Source of the DNA: Thraustochytrium aureum
Lineage: Eukaryota
Length of the DNA stretch: 64,000 nt
NCBI GenBank assembly: GCA_012862495.1
Contig: BLSG01000260.1
Location: 20,246 to 84,245, forward strand
Direction: 5' to 3'
This document shows, piece by piece, positions 33,823 to 46,609 of the stretch (position 1 is its first letter; each line of letters begins with the position of its first letter). The translations under genes and the position numbers were made by a program. The notes under the pieces are model-generated. The model worked only from the letters and a program-made list of their open reading frames with translations. It had not been told where the DNA came from and did no database searches.

Positions 33823-34717
33823 NNNNNNNNNNNNNNNNNNNNNNNNNNNNNNNNNNNNNNNNNNNNNNNNNNNNNNNNNNNNNNNNNNNNNNNNNNNNNN
33901 NNNNNNNNNNNNNNNNNNNNNNNNNNNNNNNNNNNNNNNNNNNNNNNNNNNNNNNNNNNNNNNNNNNNNNNNNNNNNNNNNNNNNNNNNNNNNNNNNNNN
34001 NNNNNNNNNNNNNNNNNNNNNNNNNNNNNNNNNNNNNNNNNNNNNNNNNNNNNNNNNNNNNNNNNNNNNNNNNNNNNNNNNNNNNNNNNNNNNNNNNNNN
34101 NNNNNNNNNNNNNNNNNNNNNNNNNNNNNNNNNNNNNNNNNNNNNNNNNNNNNNNNNNNNNNNNNNNNNNNNNNNNNNNNNNNNNNNNNNNNNNNNNNNN
34201 NNNNNNNNNNNNNNNNNNNNNNNNNNNNNNNNNNNNNNNNNNNNNNNNNNNNNNNNNNNNNNNNNNNNNNNNNNNNNNNNNNNNNNNNNNNNNNNNNNNN
34301 NNNNNNNNNNNNNNNNNNNNNNNNNNNNNNNNNNNNNNNNNNNNNNNNNNNNNNNNNNNNNNNNNNNNNNNNNNNNNNNNNNNNNNNNNNNNNNNNNNNN
34401 NNNNNNNNNNNNNNNNNNNNNNNNNNNNNNNNNNNNNNNNNNNNNNNNNNNNNNNNNNNNNNNNNNNNNNNNNNNNNNNNNNNNNNNNNNNNNNNNNNNN
34501 NNNNNNNNNNNNNNNNNNNNNNNNNNNNNNNNNNNNNNNNNNNNNNNNNNNNNNNNNNNNNNNNNNNNNNNNNNNNNNNNNNNNNNNNNNNNNNNNNNNN
34601 NNNNNNNNNNNNNNNNNNNNNNNNNNNNNNNNNNNNNNNNNNNNNNNNNNNNNNNNNNNNNNNNNNNNNNNNNNNNNNNNNNNNNNNNNNNNNNNNNNNN
34701 NNNNNNNNNNNNNNNNC

Positions 34718-35613
34718 ATGTTGCAGGACCCGGTCGACGTCGAGCCCAAAAGGCGAGAGGAACTCGAGAATCTGGCCGAGTACCTCGCCGCGAGCTTTGA
34801 CGAGCTAGCGAACGCTCAGGCAGAGGTCGGAGGCGAGCTGCCGGGCGACCCACAAGCATGGTCTGCCACGGCGAGCGAGTGGCTCGAAGCAAGCGACGGT
34901 GACGCCGCAGACCGGGTTCGCAGCAACGCGCTCGCCCTCGGCACGTTAGCCGAGGGCCTTTACGTCATGTTCGGGGCCGCCCGCCAAGCGAGGCCGAGTC
35001 CGCGCCGAGCAGCGCCAAGTTTGCCGCAGGCGAGCACGTCCTGGCCGTCTTGGCGCAAGATGGCCAGTGGCATGCCGCCAAGGTCGAAGGAGTGGACGAG
35101 CCGCAGGGGACCTCGGGCAGAGGCAGGGCAACCTATTCCTTGCGGTTTAAGCAGTTCGGAAATCCGCAGACGACCAAGGAGGAGGACATCGTTCCAGACC
35201 TCGAATACCGTGCGAGCTTGGCCAACGGCGCCGAGCTGTCCTGGGACGGGTCAAGCTGCCAGGTGTGCGGCCGCGCAAAGCGAATGACCTTCCACCACTT
35301 GATACCGAAGGAGACGCACTCGTCGCTGCTCCGCCGCGTCAAAGAGGGCCGGCGCACCACGACTGTCCTTGAAGAAGGCATTGAGGCGATGTTCCAAGCA
35401 GAACAGGAGATTGCGGTCGCGCGGGGAGACAAGCCGCGCACGCGGCGCGAGTGGCTCGGCTCGCACGGCATTATGGTCTGCGGGCCGTGTCACTCGCAGA
35501 TTCACCGCATTGCGCCAAACGCCGAGCTAGCTCGCCGGTTCAATACGTTGGCGCTCGTGCTTGCAGACCCCAGGATCTGCCGCTGGCGAGGCTGGGCGAG
35601 CAAGCAAAAGTAG
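34718..35613 (+). CDS. Tudor domain plus HNH (YisB/McrA-like) nuclease-domain protein; frameshift near 34990-35010, 5' end may lie in gap
   Basis: SMN-like Tudor FAAGEHVLAVLAQDGQWHAAKV..YSLRFKQFGN..EDI, then CQVCGR..TFHHLIP..VCGPCHSQIH..ELARRFNTL. Confidence 0.75.
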
Positions 35614-35737
35614 GCGAGCGCAGTAAGGAGCAAAGGTTGACGAGCCAGCGAGCGCAGCAAGGAGCAAACGTCGGCGAGCCACCGAGCGCAGCAAGGAGCA
35701 AGAGAAGTAAAGTACAAACATTCTAAACAAGGCCGAG

Positions 35738-37646
35738 CTACAAAACCTGCGAAAACCTTTCGCTCAACTTGCGCAGCGCGCGCGAGGCGCGGTTAAAGGT
35801 CCTCGACTCTCCCTTAGCGAGCAAGACCTTGGCCGCCTCCGTGCTGTGTTCTGGCTGATAGGAAACGGTGTGCTCTACTGCGCCGCTCTGCTCGGCGAGG
35901 ACGCGCATGATGTCGCTGAGCCCCCGGCACGACTCGACGCGCCCGCTCTTGCCTACGAGCAAGACAGTCGGCGTCGAATCAAACGCCTCAGGAACAAACG
36001 CGCCGCCGTGGAGGTGCTTGGCTGCCTCCAAGAACACGCGGTCCTCCCAGGCTTCCAAGGCCACCGGATCATCGTGCAGTACCGACAGGGGCAGGCCAGC
36101 GTCCGTGATGCGGCGCTCTGCCTCGATCCAGGCGCGGCCGCCGCGCTCGATCGACTCGGCGGTGCTGCTCGAGCAAGTGATGACGTGCACGCGAGCGATA
36201 AAGCGCAGAACTAGCGTGCTCCGGACTCGGTGCAGGGCGTCCATGAGCTCGCCGTAGGCGGCATTCACGCGCTGTGAGCCCATGTAGACCACCATGAGGA
36301 CTTGGCCCTCCCCGAGCGCGTTTACGGCGTCCATGCTAGAGTGTAGCGCCCCCGGGCCCTCGATCGCGGCCAGGTGGTCAAGGCGCGCGTCACGCTCCTC
36401 GGCGAGCAGCGTGTACACAGGCAACCTAGTGCCTTCGAGCGGGTGCGCCCTGAACCGCCCAAAGTCGTCCAGGAGCTGGCTGGACCGCAGCGGAACCGTC
36501 GTGCAAATGCGCAGCGCCCGGTCCACGGCACGGCGCACTGTGCCGTCGCTTGCGTACAGGCCAACCACGTCCTGCGTGCGCGGCGAGCCCAAGCCCAGGA
36601 GCTCCTCGGCGATGATCAGGTAAACCTCGCACAACTGCCGATAGACAAACGCGTGGTTGCTGGCGTGTACGGCGCGGTAGGCGAGCAGCACCCTGCGGCC
36701 CTCTTCTACCTGGCCCAGCTCGATTTGGGCAACGCCTTGGTGCACCAAGAGCGCCGTGCTCTGCCCCAAAGGCCGCTGGAAGATTCTGAACGGCAGCTTT
36801 TCGAGTGCAGGGAGAAGCGCCACAAAGCACCCTGGCACTGGAGGCGCTTGCGGTGACTCCCGGGCCTCCTCGTGGCTGACCACGCCGCTGGCGTGCTTGG
36901 CGCACAGTTCGAGAACCTCGTCCCAGGCAGCCAAAAAGCAGAGGNNNNNNNNNNNNNNNNNNNNNNNNNNNNNNNNNNNNNNNNNNNNNNNNNNNNNNNN
37001 NNNNNNNNNNNNNNNNNNNNNNNNNNNNNNNNNNNNNNNNNNNNNNNNNNNNNNNNNNNNNNNNNNNNNNNNNNNNNNNNNNNNNNNNNNNNNNNNNNNN
37101 NNNNNNNNNNNNNNNNNNNNNNNNNNNNNNNNNNNNNNNNNNNNNNNNNNNNNNNNNNNNNNNNNNNNNNNNNNNNNNNNNNNNNNNNNNNNNNNNNNNN
37201 NNNNNNNNNNNNNNNNNNNNNNNNNNNNNNNNNNNNNNNNNNNNNNNNNNNNNNNNNNNNNNNNNNNNNNNNNNNNNNNNNNNNNNNNNNNNNNNNNNNN
37301 NNNNNNNNNNNNNNNNNNNNNNNNNNNNNNNNNNNNNNNNNNNNNNNNNNNNNNNNNNNNNNNNNNNNNNNNNNNNNNNNNNNNNNNNNNNNNNNNNNNN
37401 NTCATCGTCGGCTTTCTGACTGCTTGTCTTGTCTAGCAGCCGCGCAAGCGATTCGTCTTTTGTGGTGTCCTTTTCCTGCCACGAGGCCCAGTCGCGAACT
37501 GCTTTGCTCAGATTTGGGTTGCTGCCTTGGGGGGGCAAATACCGCTTTGGCCCTTCTGCTTTTGCAGCCACGATCGACTCGGAAGCGTGGATTCGCCGCT
37601 CGCCGCCGCGCCGCTTGACGTTGTCGCCGCTCTTCATTACGTTCAA
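35738..37646 (-). CDS. Hypothetical protein, helical N-part and possible thioredoxin-like C-part; gapped
   Basis: Long open frame with protein-like composition; PTVLLVGKSGRV resembles the C-terminal strands of TlpA/AhpC folds; no CxxC. Confidence 0.5.
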
Positions 37647-38899
37647 CCCTCCCCCCTGCTTGCTGCTGTGACTCAGGGCAGGCCGTTTGGTTCCTGTAGA
37701 GGTTTATTGCTTGCTGTGGCGCGCCCTCCCTTGGGCCGCCTTGCTGCTCGCGCGTGGCTCTGCAATTCTGAGAACGACAGGTCGCGCTGCCGCCGCTGCT
37801 CCTGCTGCTGGCGGGCTGCTCCTGCTGGCGGGCTGCTCAGCTAAATCGTTGCGGGATTGCACCATGGCGCAGGACTCCTCCGCGATCAATTCTCCCTGGC
37901 ACGAGCGCGGCTTATTTGGTTCACGTCTTTCTTGGCCCCGGTGGCGAACTCCTGACTGCAGAACAGTGGGCGTGTGGACAGTGGCCGAGCCGCGTGCCTC
38001 CAGCTGGAGCATGTTGTGATGATGCGCAAAATTGCACGCTCGACCGATCGCATTCAACCAGCGGCGGGAGAGTCGTAGCGTGAGAAGCTGCCAACCACAA
38101 AGCGCAATTCAGGCCAGCAGGAAGCATGGGAGCCTTCGCGCGAGCTCGAGCGGCGCCCAGGGAGGGGGCCTGGGCGCCGAACAAGCACGCATGCATCCAG
38201 CGAGGTCGAGAAAGGGTGGAGTGCTCTACTAACTACAAGGCACGGTATTCGGAAACACGTCGGAATCCGCACCCCGGCCNNNNNNNNNNNNNNNNNNNNN
38301 NNNNNNNNNNNNNNNNNNNNNNNNNNNNNNNNNNNNNNNNNNNNNNNNNNNNNNNNNNNNNNNNNNNNNNNNNNNNNNNNNNNNNNNNNNNNNNNNNNNN
38401 NNNNNNNNNNNNNNNNNNNNNNNNNNNNNNNNNNNNNNNNNNNNNNNNNNNNNNNNNNNNNNNNNNNNNNNNNNNNNNNNNNNNNNNNNNNNNNNNNNNN
38501 NNNNNNNNNNNNNNNNNNNNNNNNNNNNNNNNNNNNNNNNNNNNNNNNNNNNNNNNNNNNNNNNNNNNNNNNNNNNNNNNNNNNNNNNNNNNNNNNNNNN
38601 NNNNNNNNNNNNNNNNNNNNNNNNNNNNNNNNNNNNNNNNNNNNNNNNNNNNNNNNNNNNNNNNNNNNNNNNNNNNNNNNNNNNNNNNNNNNNNNNNNNN
38701 NNNNNNNNNNNNNNNNNNNNNNNNNNNNNNNNNNNNNNNNNNNNNNNNNNNNNNNNNNNNNNNNNNNNNNNNNNNNNNNNNNNNNNNNNNNNNNNNNNNN
38801 NNNNNNNNNNNNNNNNNNNNNNNNNNNNNNNNNNNNNNNNNNNNNNNNNNNNNNNNNNNNNNNNNNNNNNNNNNNNNNNNNNNNNNNNNNNNNNNNNNN

Positions 38900-40365
38900 G
38901 CCACCGCGCTGGACGCCAGAAACGGGTACGACGGCGAGTCGTGGAACAGCAAGCCCCCAACAGAGCTCCCCAGAATTGTTCCGAGCCCTTGCAGCGACGT
39001 GAGGACGCCCCATGCTCTGCCCTGCAGCGTGCGAGGCATTTGAAAGGTGGCAAGACTCTTCAAACAGGGCTCAGACACGCCGAGCAGCCCGGTGAGCAGG
39101 ACAACCCAGGCCACGTGCACACGTGCCCCTTGTGCCAGGTCGACCGTGAGGCCAAAGGCAACCTGGGCCGCGATAGCCGCTCCTGCAAGAGATCCCGTGG
39201 CGGCAACGAGCTGGCCGATGCGGCGCTCGATCGCCGGGTGCAGCACGATGCCTGCAATCGCAGAGGCGCTGGCCGCGAACAGCGCCCCGCCGTACTCTTT
39301 GCTGCCCCAGCCAAACACTTTGTGCAGGTATAGGGGCCAGATCACGGCCATGGCGGCCGCAAACCAGGCCTGCGACACAATTCCGAGGGATATTGCTGCA
39401 AAGCCGACGAGGTTGCCGCGAGCCCCGTTGGCGCCTGCCCTGGAGGCCCCGGCGGACTCGCTCTCCTTGCCAACAAGCGCGTCGCCGTCGTCGCCATCGT
39501 CGCCGTCGTCGTCGGCCCCTAGCCCCTTGCGAGCGATGTCCATGAAAAGCCCGGGGGGCGCGACGGTTGCCGGCTCGTCCAGCGGACGGCCTGCACAGGC
39601 TGCAGCTCGAAACCCCGAGTACACGGCGACCAACGCAGCGACCCCAAACGTGCAGAACAGCGTGCAAATAGACATCGAGATGCGATACCGCAGTAATCTG
39701 TCCGAGACATGCAAAGTGTGCTTGAGCAGGACGTGCAGCGCGGGGTAGAGTCCCTTGCCTGCAAGTCCCATGATACGCTGCTGGCCGATGAAGCCAGAGA
39801 CCACGATGGACCGCAGGTCGGCGTGCGTTGACGTTGCCACGTACGCGAGCACGAGGCTCCAGAGGTTTGCCCCCAGACCAATCACAAAGTTTGCGGCGTA
39901 CAAGGTCCAGACGCTCGCGGCGAAACCGCGCACCAGGCAGCCCGCCGCGCAGCAGGCCGCGCACAGCACGAGGCCTGCATGCGCCTTGTCGTTGTCGATC
40001 GTCCAGCCAAACGCGGGCGCCAGCACAAGCGTGCCGAACACGCCCAAGCTATTCAGATACCCGACGTCGCTCGGCGTCGCGCCTGACCTCACCAGCAGCG
40101 GCGGCTCCCGCGGTCAGCTCGTCGGTCGGTCTCACCAGCGCAAGCAAGCATGCATACGCATGCATACGCACCCACCCGCTGCGCAGTGGCACGCCCACGC
40201 GTCCCGGCCCCCATGCCCCGTGGACTCACCGATCTCGACGTAAAAGTACTGCGTCACGGGCTCGTGCAGCGCGCCGCCAAAGCTCGCCACCCAGGTCACC
40301 AGCACGGGCGCGAACAGCCTGCGGTCCGCGCGAAACACGCGCACGGCGCGCAGCAGGTCGCTCAT
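38900..40365 (-). CDS. Major facilitator superfamily transporter; intron 40083-40229, 3' end in gap
   Basis: Two bundles of hydrophobic helices around an acidic loop; QGRAWG motif; GTGAGT..TCAG intron joins YFYVEIG to ATPSDVG. Confidence 0.85.
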
Positions 40366-40953
40366 GGCGCGCTCAATCCAGCTCTGGCGCGACCCCTGCC
40401 GGCCTCCATNNNNNNNNNNNNNNNNNNNNNNNNNNNNNNNNNNNNNNNNNNNNNNNNNNNNNNNNNNNNNNNNNNNNNNNNNNNNNNNNNNNNNNNNNNN
40501 NNNNNNNNNNNNNNNNNNNNNNNNNNNNNNNNNNNNNNNNNNNNNNNNNNNNNNNNNNNNNNNNNNNNNNNNNNNNNNNNNNNNNNNNNNNNNNNNNNNN
40601 NNNNNNNNNNNNNNNNNNNNNNNNNNNNNNNNNNNNNNNNNNNNNNNNNNNNNNNNNNNNNNNNNNNNNNNNNNNNNNNNNNNNNNNNNNNNNNNNNNNN
40701 NNNNNNNNNNNNNNNNNNNNNNNNNNNNNNNNNNNNNNNNNNNNNNNNNNNNNNNNNNNNNNNNNNNNNNNNNNNNNNNNNNNNNNNNNNNNNNNNNNNN
40801 NNNNNNNNNNNNNNNNNNNNNNNNNNNNNNNNNNNNNNNNNNNNNNNNNNNNNNNNNNNNNNNNNNNNNNNNNNNNNNNNNNNNNNNNNNNNNNNNNNNN
40901 NNNNNNNNNNNNNNNNNNNNNNNNNNNNNNNNNNNNNNNNNNNNNNNNNNNNN

Positions 40954-42509
40954 GTACGACGAATCGCGCACGGGCGAGCTGACCCACCAGCTCAGCCAAG
41001 ACATCGGGTCTCTGCAGACGGCCGTGCGGACCGCTTTCTCGCGCGGCATCGAGGGAGTCACCTCTATCATTAGCGGGTCCGTCTACCTCTACATGGCCTC
41101 TCCCAAGATGGCGATCTGCATGCTGTGCGTCCTGCCCGTCATGTCCGGCGCCGCCCACGTCCTCGGCGTCCTCCTGCGCGGGCTCTCGGACCGCATCCGC
41201 CGCGCAAGCAACCGGGCCACGGGCATTGCGAGCGAGACCATGGGCGCGATCCACACGGTGCGCGTCTTCAACGCCGAGGACCGCGAGCTCGAGCGGTACG
41301 CCAAGGAGCTCGAGAACGTGTCTGCGCTCAAGCGCACGATGGCGCTGACGGCGGGCGGATTCTACTCGATGCTCGGCCTGGGTATCAACCTGATCACGCT
41401 TCTGATCTGCGGATACGGAGGTCTGCTGGTCAGCCAGGGGGAGCTCACTCGCGGAGGGATTGCCGCTGTTGTCACCCAAGTCCAGATCCTCGAGCGGTCC
41501 ATGGCTCGTCTTAGCATCGTAAGCGCTCAGCTGATCAAGGCGTTTCGCGCCTCGGAGCACATCTTTGACGCCATCCAGGACGAACCCGTGGTCAACACGG
41601 CCAAGGGGGGCAAGGGCCTGTTCCTAGACGCGCACGGCCCGGCGGTGCGGGGCCAGGTCTCGTTCAACGGTGTCTCGTTCCACTACCCGAGCCGGCCCGA
41701 GGTGGCTGTCCTCGAGGACTTTGACTTGGAAATCGGCCAGGGCCAGGTCGTCGCGCTTGTAGGCCAGAGCGGCTCTGGCAAGAGCACGTGTGCCAACCTG
41801 GTCACTCGCCACTACGACGTCAGCCGGGGCTCGATTACGATCGATGGAGTCGACCTACGGGACGTGGACCCGCGCAGCTTGCACGAGATCGTTGGGGTTG
41901 TGTCGCAGGAGCCGGTCCTCTTCGGGACGAGCATCGTCGAAAACCTGCGCTATGGCAAGCCGGACGCCACGATGGAAGAGGTCGTTGCCGCCGCCAAGGC
42001 GGCTAATGCACACGACTTTATCAAGGCCTTCCCGAACGGCTACGAGACGCAGCTTGGCGAGCGCGGCGTCTTGCTCAGCGGGGGCCAGCGCCAGAGGGTA
42101 CGTTGCTCGACTTTGCCTTGGTTTGCTTGCTGCTGTGGAGCTGGCAGTGATTGTGTTTGCAGTCCTCTTGGCTGATGCTAACCATGCGCTGCAGATTGCC
42201 ATCGCGCGCATCATCCTGCGCGACCCCAAAGTCCTCATTCTTGACGAAAGTACGAGCGCTCTCGACAACGAGAGCGAGCGGATTGTTCAAGAGGCCCTGG
42301 ACAAGCTCATGTCGCTCAAGGAGCGCACAACCATCATCATCGCCCACCGCCTGACGACCATCCAGAACGCGGACAAGATCTGCGTCATGAGCAAGGGCAA
42401 ACTCGTCGAGTCGGGCTCCTTCCGCGAGCTCCTCGCGAACGCCAACAGCGTCTTCGCGCGCCTTTACAACCAGCAGCGCCGCCAGGAGCAGAAAGAGCAT
42501 GGCTCGTAG
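40954..42509 (+). CDS. ABCB-family transporter (TMD plus NBD, ABCB10/MDL1-like); intron 42098-42194, 5' end in gap
   Basis: Walker [31 protein letters not shown] across a GTACGT..GCTAAC..GCAG intron, [10 protein letters not shown] and IAHRL. Confidence 0.92.
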
Positions 42510-43101
42510 GTAGGTAGGTAGCCAGCGAGTAGGTCTGTCTGCACCTAATAGGCGTAGAATACGAACGTAGACGCACCAAAGAAGGCGAGAATCTTGGCGA
42601 ATGCCGCACGCGCAAACCAGCGCCCCGACCACCCCACCACCAACAGTCGAGCAGCCGGCCCGCTCGAGCGACTCGGAGAGCAACCTGCATGTACTCGCAG
42701 GAGCAAGTCATTCTGTGGTAAGCAGTCCTCTACACGGTCGCAGTAGGCCAATGGAGTGGTCCTTGACATACCCTCGCGCGCAACACAACGGTACTCTACC
42801 TACTCTTCTCTCCTACGGTGCTCAGTAACTCAGTCTTCTCACAGCCTCGCATCGCCCTGGCCTGGCCGCGAGAACTCCACTCGTTCAAGTGCCGCAGACC
42901 CGAACACAAGCGGTGCACGAAGAACAGCGCAGGCACGACAGCCAGCTCGGCTCGGTAGGCCCGATTCTCCGGGGCGCCCGCGTCGGCTGCTCGAGGGTCT
43001 CGTGCATGGCCAAGGGCTCGCGCCTGGCTGCCGAGCTTGCGCTGCTGCACTCCGCAACGGCCTCTGCGGGCTAGGCTGTGCGGGGGCGCAGCGCCGGCAA
43101 G

Positions 43102-46100
43102 ATGGAGGAGTGCTGCCGAGGCCGGGAGGGACGGCTGGCCTCGGATGACCTGGGGCCAGAAGAGTCGGCGTGGCTGCTGCAAGGCGTGAAAACGGTGGAC
43201 GAAGTGAGCTCGCCAAAGCTGCGGCCCTCGTCCGAGTCGGTGCTTGTAGCAGCACAGACCGCGAATGCGACGAGCAAAGCAAGCGAGGAGGGGGCTGCTG
43301 AGGCGAAAAGTGAGCAGGCTGCCAAGGCCGCGGCAAGGGCTGGGCTGCCGGCGTGGGCGAAACTAAGCCGCATTCACAGGCTGCTCATTCGCGATGTCAT
43401 CGTTCTTTGCATTACTCTGGCCCTCCCCTTCGTGCCATCAGTCCGAGCCGTTGCTCAAGGACAGGAGGCGCTCATACCAATTGTCGGCCTCATCCTCGCG
43501 CTTGTACCGGTTAGCGCCACCAACATTGGGTCGCAGGCAGCGGTGCTTGTGAATTTCATTCTGAGCTGGGTTCTGCTCGCACCGTGGGTGTTTTTGACGG
43601 TTGCCATCACACCACACAACATGGGGGGCTTTTTGGTCATGATCGCAGTTGCCGTGCTCGTCGCCATGTACCTCGGGTTTCTTGCGCCGGCGTGGATGCT
43701 GATGTTTGTCGTGGAAACGATCGTGATTGGGATCCTGGCCCCGCCGATCTGGCAGATCCTCAACGGCCCTGGCGCGAGCGCCAAGACGCAAGAGGAAATC
43801 TGGGGGGAGGTGGCGAACATTGTCGGGATCACCACAATGTCGTTCCTTGCGGCACCGGCCTTGCACCTTGCCGGCGCGCTCCTCATCTTCCCCTGGCGCT
43901 CGACCGTTGCAACGCGGTGCGCGCTTTCTCGCAAACTGATGACGCTGGCCGCCCTGTTGCGCGCGCTTCGCGGACTGTACGGTCGCGTGGGGCGCTTTAC
44001 TATGAACCCGAGCGAGCAGCAGGGCTTTCTGTTCCTTGACGAAGAGGACTTGGAGACCCTCGAAAAGGCGCGGAGTGCAGAGCTCGCCAGCTCCATCGAG
44101 GCGGACGGGACTTTGGTCTCCAGTTTGTTGGAGACGCGATGGTCGTTTGACGGGAGCGGGATGCGTTTGTTGCGACTGCACGAGCTGACGCTCGCGTTCG
44201 CCCGACATGCGCGCAGTGCTTCGAGCGACCTGCTCGCAAAGTATCGCCGAATGATGAAAGAGGCAGCCGAGGCGCCGGAACGCGTGGAGCAGGGCCTAGA
44301 GCGAGAGAAGAGCGCCGCAGCTGCTTTGGACCAGGACGAGGAGGGCCCGGTGTTTGGATTTGCGGAGAAACAGCGCCTGCTGGAGCTTGTGCATGTTCTG
44401 AACGAACAGCTCGAAGAGAGCTGCCCCGTGTTGGCCGCGCAGATGATGGAGCAGGGCGACGGAGCGGTGCGCATCGCTGCTCTTGCGGAAATCCAGTCCC
44501 GGATGGAGTCCGTGAGTGACGAGCTCGGCGAGCTTTGCGTGCGGTGGGCCAAGGTGTACATCCGCTCGCAGTTGCGCTTGTATCGGGACGAGGGAAAGCG
44601 CGCCAATCGAGACGAGCCTTTCAAGCGCACCAAGCTCCTCACGTACGTCATGACTCTGCGCCGCATGGTGGGTTCGTTCGCGGCGCTCGTCTCGCTCTGT
44701 GCCGAGCTGGAAGATGCACGCAAGACCAAGTCCTTCTGGCGCACGTCCGGCAAGGATGTCGCGAACGAGTGGTGGATGAGCCTATGGGCTCGCGCGACCG
44801 TAATGGAGGCCAACGCGATCACCTCGCCGCTAAGGGTGCCCGGCGCAAAGGCGGCGTGTGGTCGCGCGATGAGTGCTGTCAAGCGCACGTTGAGCACGCC
44901 AGCGTTCCATGCCGCGCTGAAGAGTGCGTTCGGGACGACGCTGCTGGTTATGCTGGGTATTCTCGAAAGCACATCCAACGTCTACTCGGAAGCCCACCTG
45001 ATGAATGCAATCATCACCTTTCAAGTGATCCTGTTCAAGCTGCAGCAAGGGTTGGTGCTTGAGCGCACGGCGCAGCGGGTCTCGGGGATCCTCGGCGCGT
45101 ACATATACGCAGGGGCTTGCTGGGAGCTGGCCTGCGTCGGCGGGTGCACGGCGCTCGGGGGGTGGAGCCTCTATTTGCTTGAGCTGCCTGCGCTGTTCGC
45201 CTACTTGTGGATCCGCCAGACCAACTTTGCCCAGGGCTACGCGGGGTTTGCCTTTGTGCGCACGTATGCCTCGCTGGTTGCGCCTTTGGTGGCCGCCACA
45301 GCCGACGACAACGAAGCAGCCAGCTCGTCCACCTACTGGACATTTGGGGGGTGGGTTGTCTTGAGCTCGCTGCTTGGCGCGGTGCTAGCGTTGTTTCTCG
45401 GGCTCTGCGTGTGGCCCACCAGTGGGCGGACTTCTCTCCGAGGGCTGATCGCCAAGGTCTCGCGTCGGCTCGCGGTGGCTTCCGAAGCTGTGGTCCTGCT
45501 CCGCTACAAGGACCGGTTTGGCGTCCAAGCGACGTCGCCAGAGCTAGAACGGGCAGAAGCAGAGCTTGCGCGAATTATTTGGATTGAGACGGGACCTCTC
45601 CTTCATGCTGTGAGCATCGAAACTGCCCTGACCGTCCGCTTTGGCGCGCCTGTCGGGCAGTACGCCAGCGCTGTGGAAAGCCTCAAGGCCTTGTGGCGCG
45701 GGGTCTGGAAGCTGCACCACCTCGGCGGGGTGCGCGCGTATCTGCGGAACGATGCTGGCATGCCCGAGCGGCGCGTGTCTCCGTTTGTGGCGCGCAACTT
45801 GCTGGTGATGAACCGCCAGCTCTCGAACGCGCTCGTACTGGCGGCATCGTCGCTCGAGTCGGGCCAGCGACACCCACTGCCTGTCTTGCGCCCAGTAATT
45901 GCGTCGCCGCTGTTGATGCGCGAGGTCTTGGACGACTTTGTGCTGCTCTGCTACAGGGACGACCTGCTGATGGGAAGGTTGCTCGACTCTCCGCAGCTCG
46001 ACTTTGTGGCCCACCTCATCCTTTTCCACGACATCAAGGTGGACCTCGCCTATGCGCTCGACACGCTCTTCGATTTCCTGGAGCAGTTTTTGTACGTGCC

Positions 46101-46428
46101 GAGCAACCGCGACGAGCTCCGTGGCCAGGACCTGAAGAGCTTGCAGCTCTTTGATGCGCAAGACCAGGATACGGAGGCGAATCCCGTTGCCGACGCCAAA
46201 GATGCCGGCCAGAGCGAGGAGGAGCTCCGCCTGCTCGTCAGCTCGGCGTGGTCCCCGGTGGAGCCCGACGAGCCGGCTAGCGTGGTTCAAGCTCCGTCCA
46301 ACGAGAGCGGCTCAGGCGGAGCCTTGGCAGGCGTCGATGGTGTTCAGGACCAAGCGGGGGCTGGGTCTCCAGGCCCCTGGGGCGGCCTTAGCGGCGAGGC
46401 GTTACTGAGTGAGAAAGCGCAGCAGTGA
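43102..46428 (+). CDS. Large polytopic membrane protein, FUSC/aromatic-acid-exporter/ALMT-like
   Basis: Two TM bundles, each followed by a helical soluble region; motifs LLIFPWRS..R..L, ALKSAFG, ERTAQRVSGILG and LCVWPTSGR..LR. Confidence 0.7.
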   Translation: MEECCRGREGRLASDDLGPEESAWLLQGVKTVDEVSSPKLRPSSESVLVAAQTANATSKASEEGAAEAKSEQAAKAAARAGLPAWAKLSRIHRLLIRDVIVLCITLALPFVPSVRAVAQGQEALIPIVGLILALVPVSATNIGSQAAVLVNFILSWVLLAPWVFLTVAITPHNMGGFLVMIAVAVLVAMYLGFLAPAWMLMFVVETIVIGILAPPIWQILNGPGASAKTQEEIWGEVANIVGITTMSFLAAPALHLAGALLIFPWRSTVATRCALSRKLMTLAALLRALRGLYGRVGRFTMNPSEQQGFLFLDEEDLETLEKARSAELASSIEADGTLVSSLLETRWSFDGSGMRLLRLHELTLAFARHARSASSDLLAKYRRMMKEAAEAPERVEQGLEREKSAAAALDQDEEGPVFGFAEKQRLLELVHVLNEQLEESCPVLAAQMMEQGDGAVRIAALAEIQSRMESVSDELGELCVRWAKVYIRSQLRLYRDEGKRANRDEPFKRTKLLTYVMTLRRMVGSFAALVSLCAELEDARKTKSFWRTSGKDVANEWWMSLWARATVMEANAITSPLRVPGAKAACGRAMSAVKRTLSTPAFHAALKSAFGTTLLVMLGILESTSNVYSEAHLMNAIITFQVILFKLQQGLVLERTAQRVSGILGAYIYAGACWELACVGGCTALGGWSLYLLELPALFAYLWIRQTNFAQGYAGFAFVRTYASLVAPLVAATADDNEAASSSTYWTFGGWVVLSSLLGAVLALFLGLCVWPTSGRTSLRGLIAKVSRRLAVASEAVVLLRYKDRFGVQATSPELERAEAELARIIWIETGPLLHAVSIETALTVRFGAPVGQYASAVESLKALWRGVWKLHHLGGVRAYLRNDAGMPERRVSPFVARNLLVMNRQLSNALVLAASSLESGQRHPLPVLRPVIASPLLMREVLDDFVLLCYRDDLLMGRLLDSPQLDFVAHLILFHDIKVDLAYALDTLFDFLEQFLYVPSNRDELRGQDLKSLQLFDAQDQDTEANPVADAKDAGQSEEELRLLVSSAWSPVEPDEPASVVQAPSNESGSGGALAGVDGVQDQAGAGSPGPWGGLSGEALLSEKAQQ

Positions 46429-46473
46429 ACTGAAGGGTAAACCAGTTTCTGAGGGTTGCAAAAGGCAAGAAAA

Positions 46474-46474
<1 letters not shown>

Positions 46475-46506
<32 letters not shown>
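46475..46506. repeat. (CAGG)n microsatellite
   Basis: About 8 caggcagg units; a similar run lies at about 60950-60974. Confidence 0.85.
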
Positions 46507-46609
46507 CCAATGGAAAGGTTTGGGGTTGGGCGACGTCCGCGTCGATCAGTCATTCATTCATGGTCAGTAGTCGTCGTTCAGTGCGCCACCCGTCGTGACG
46601 GGCGGCCCG

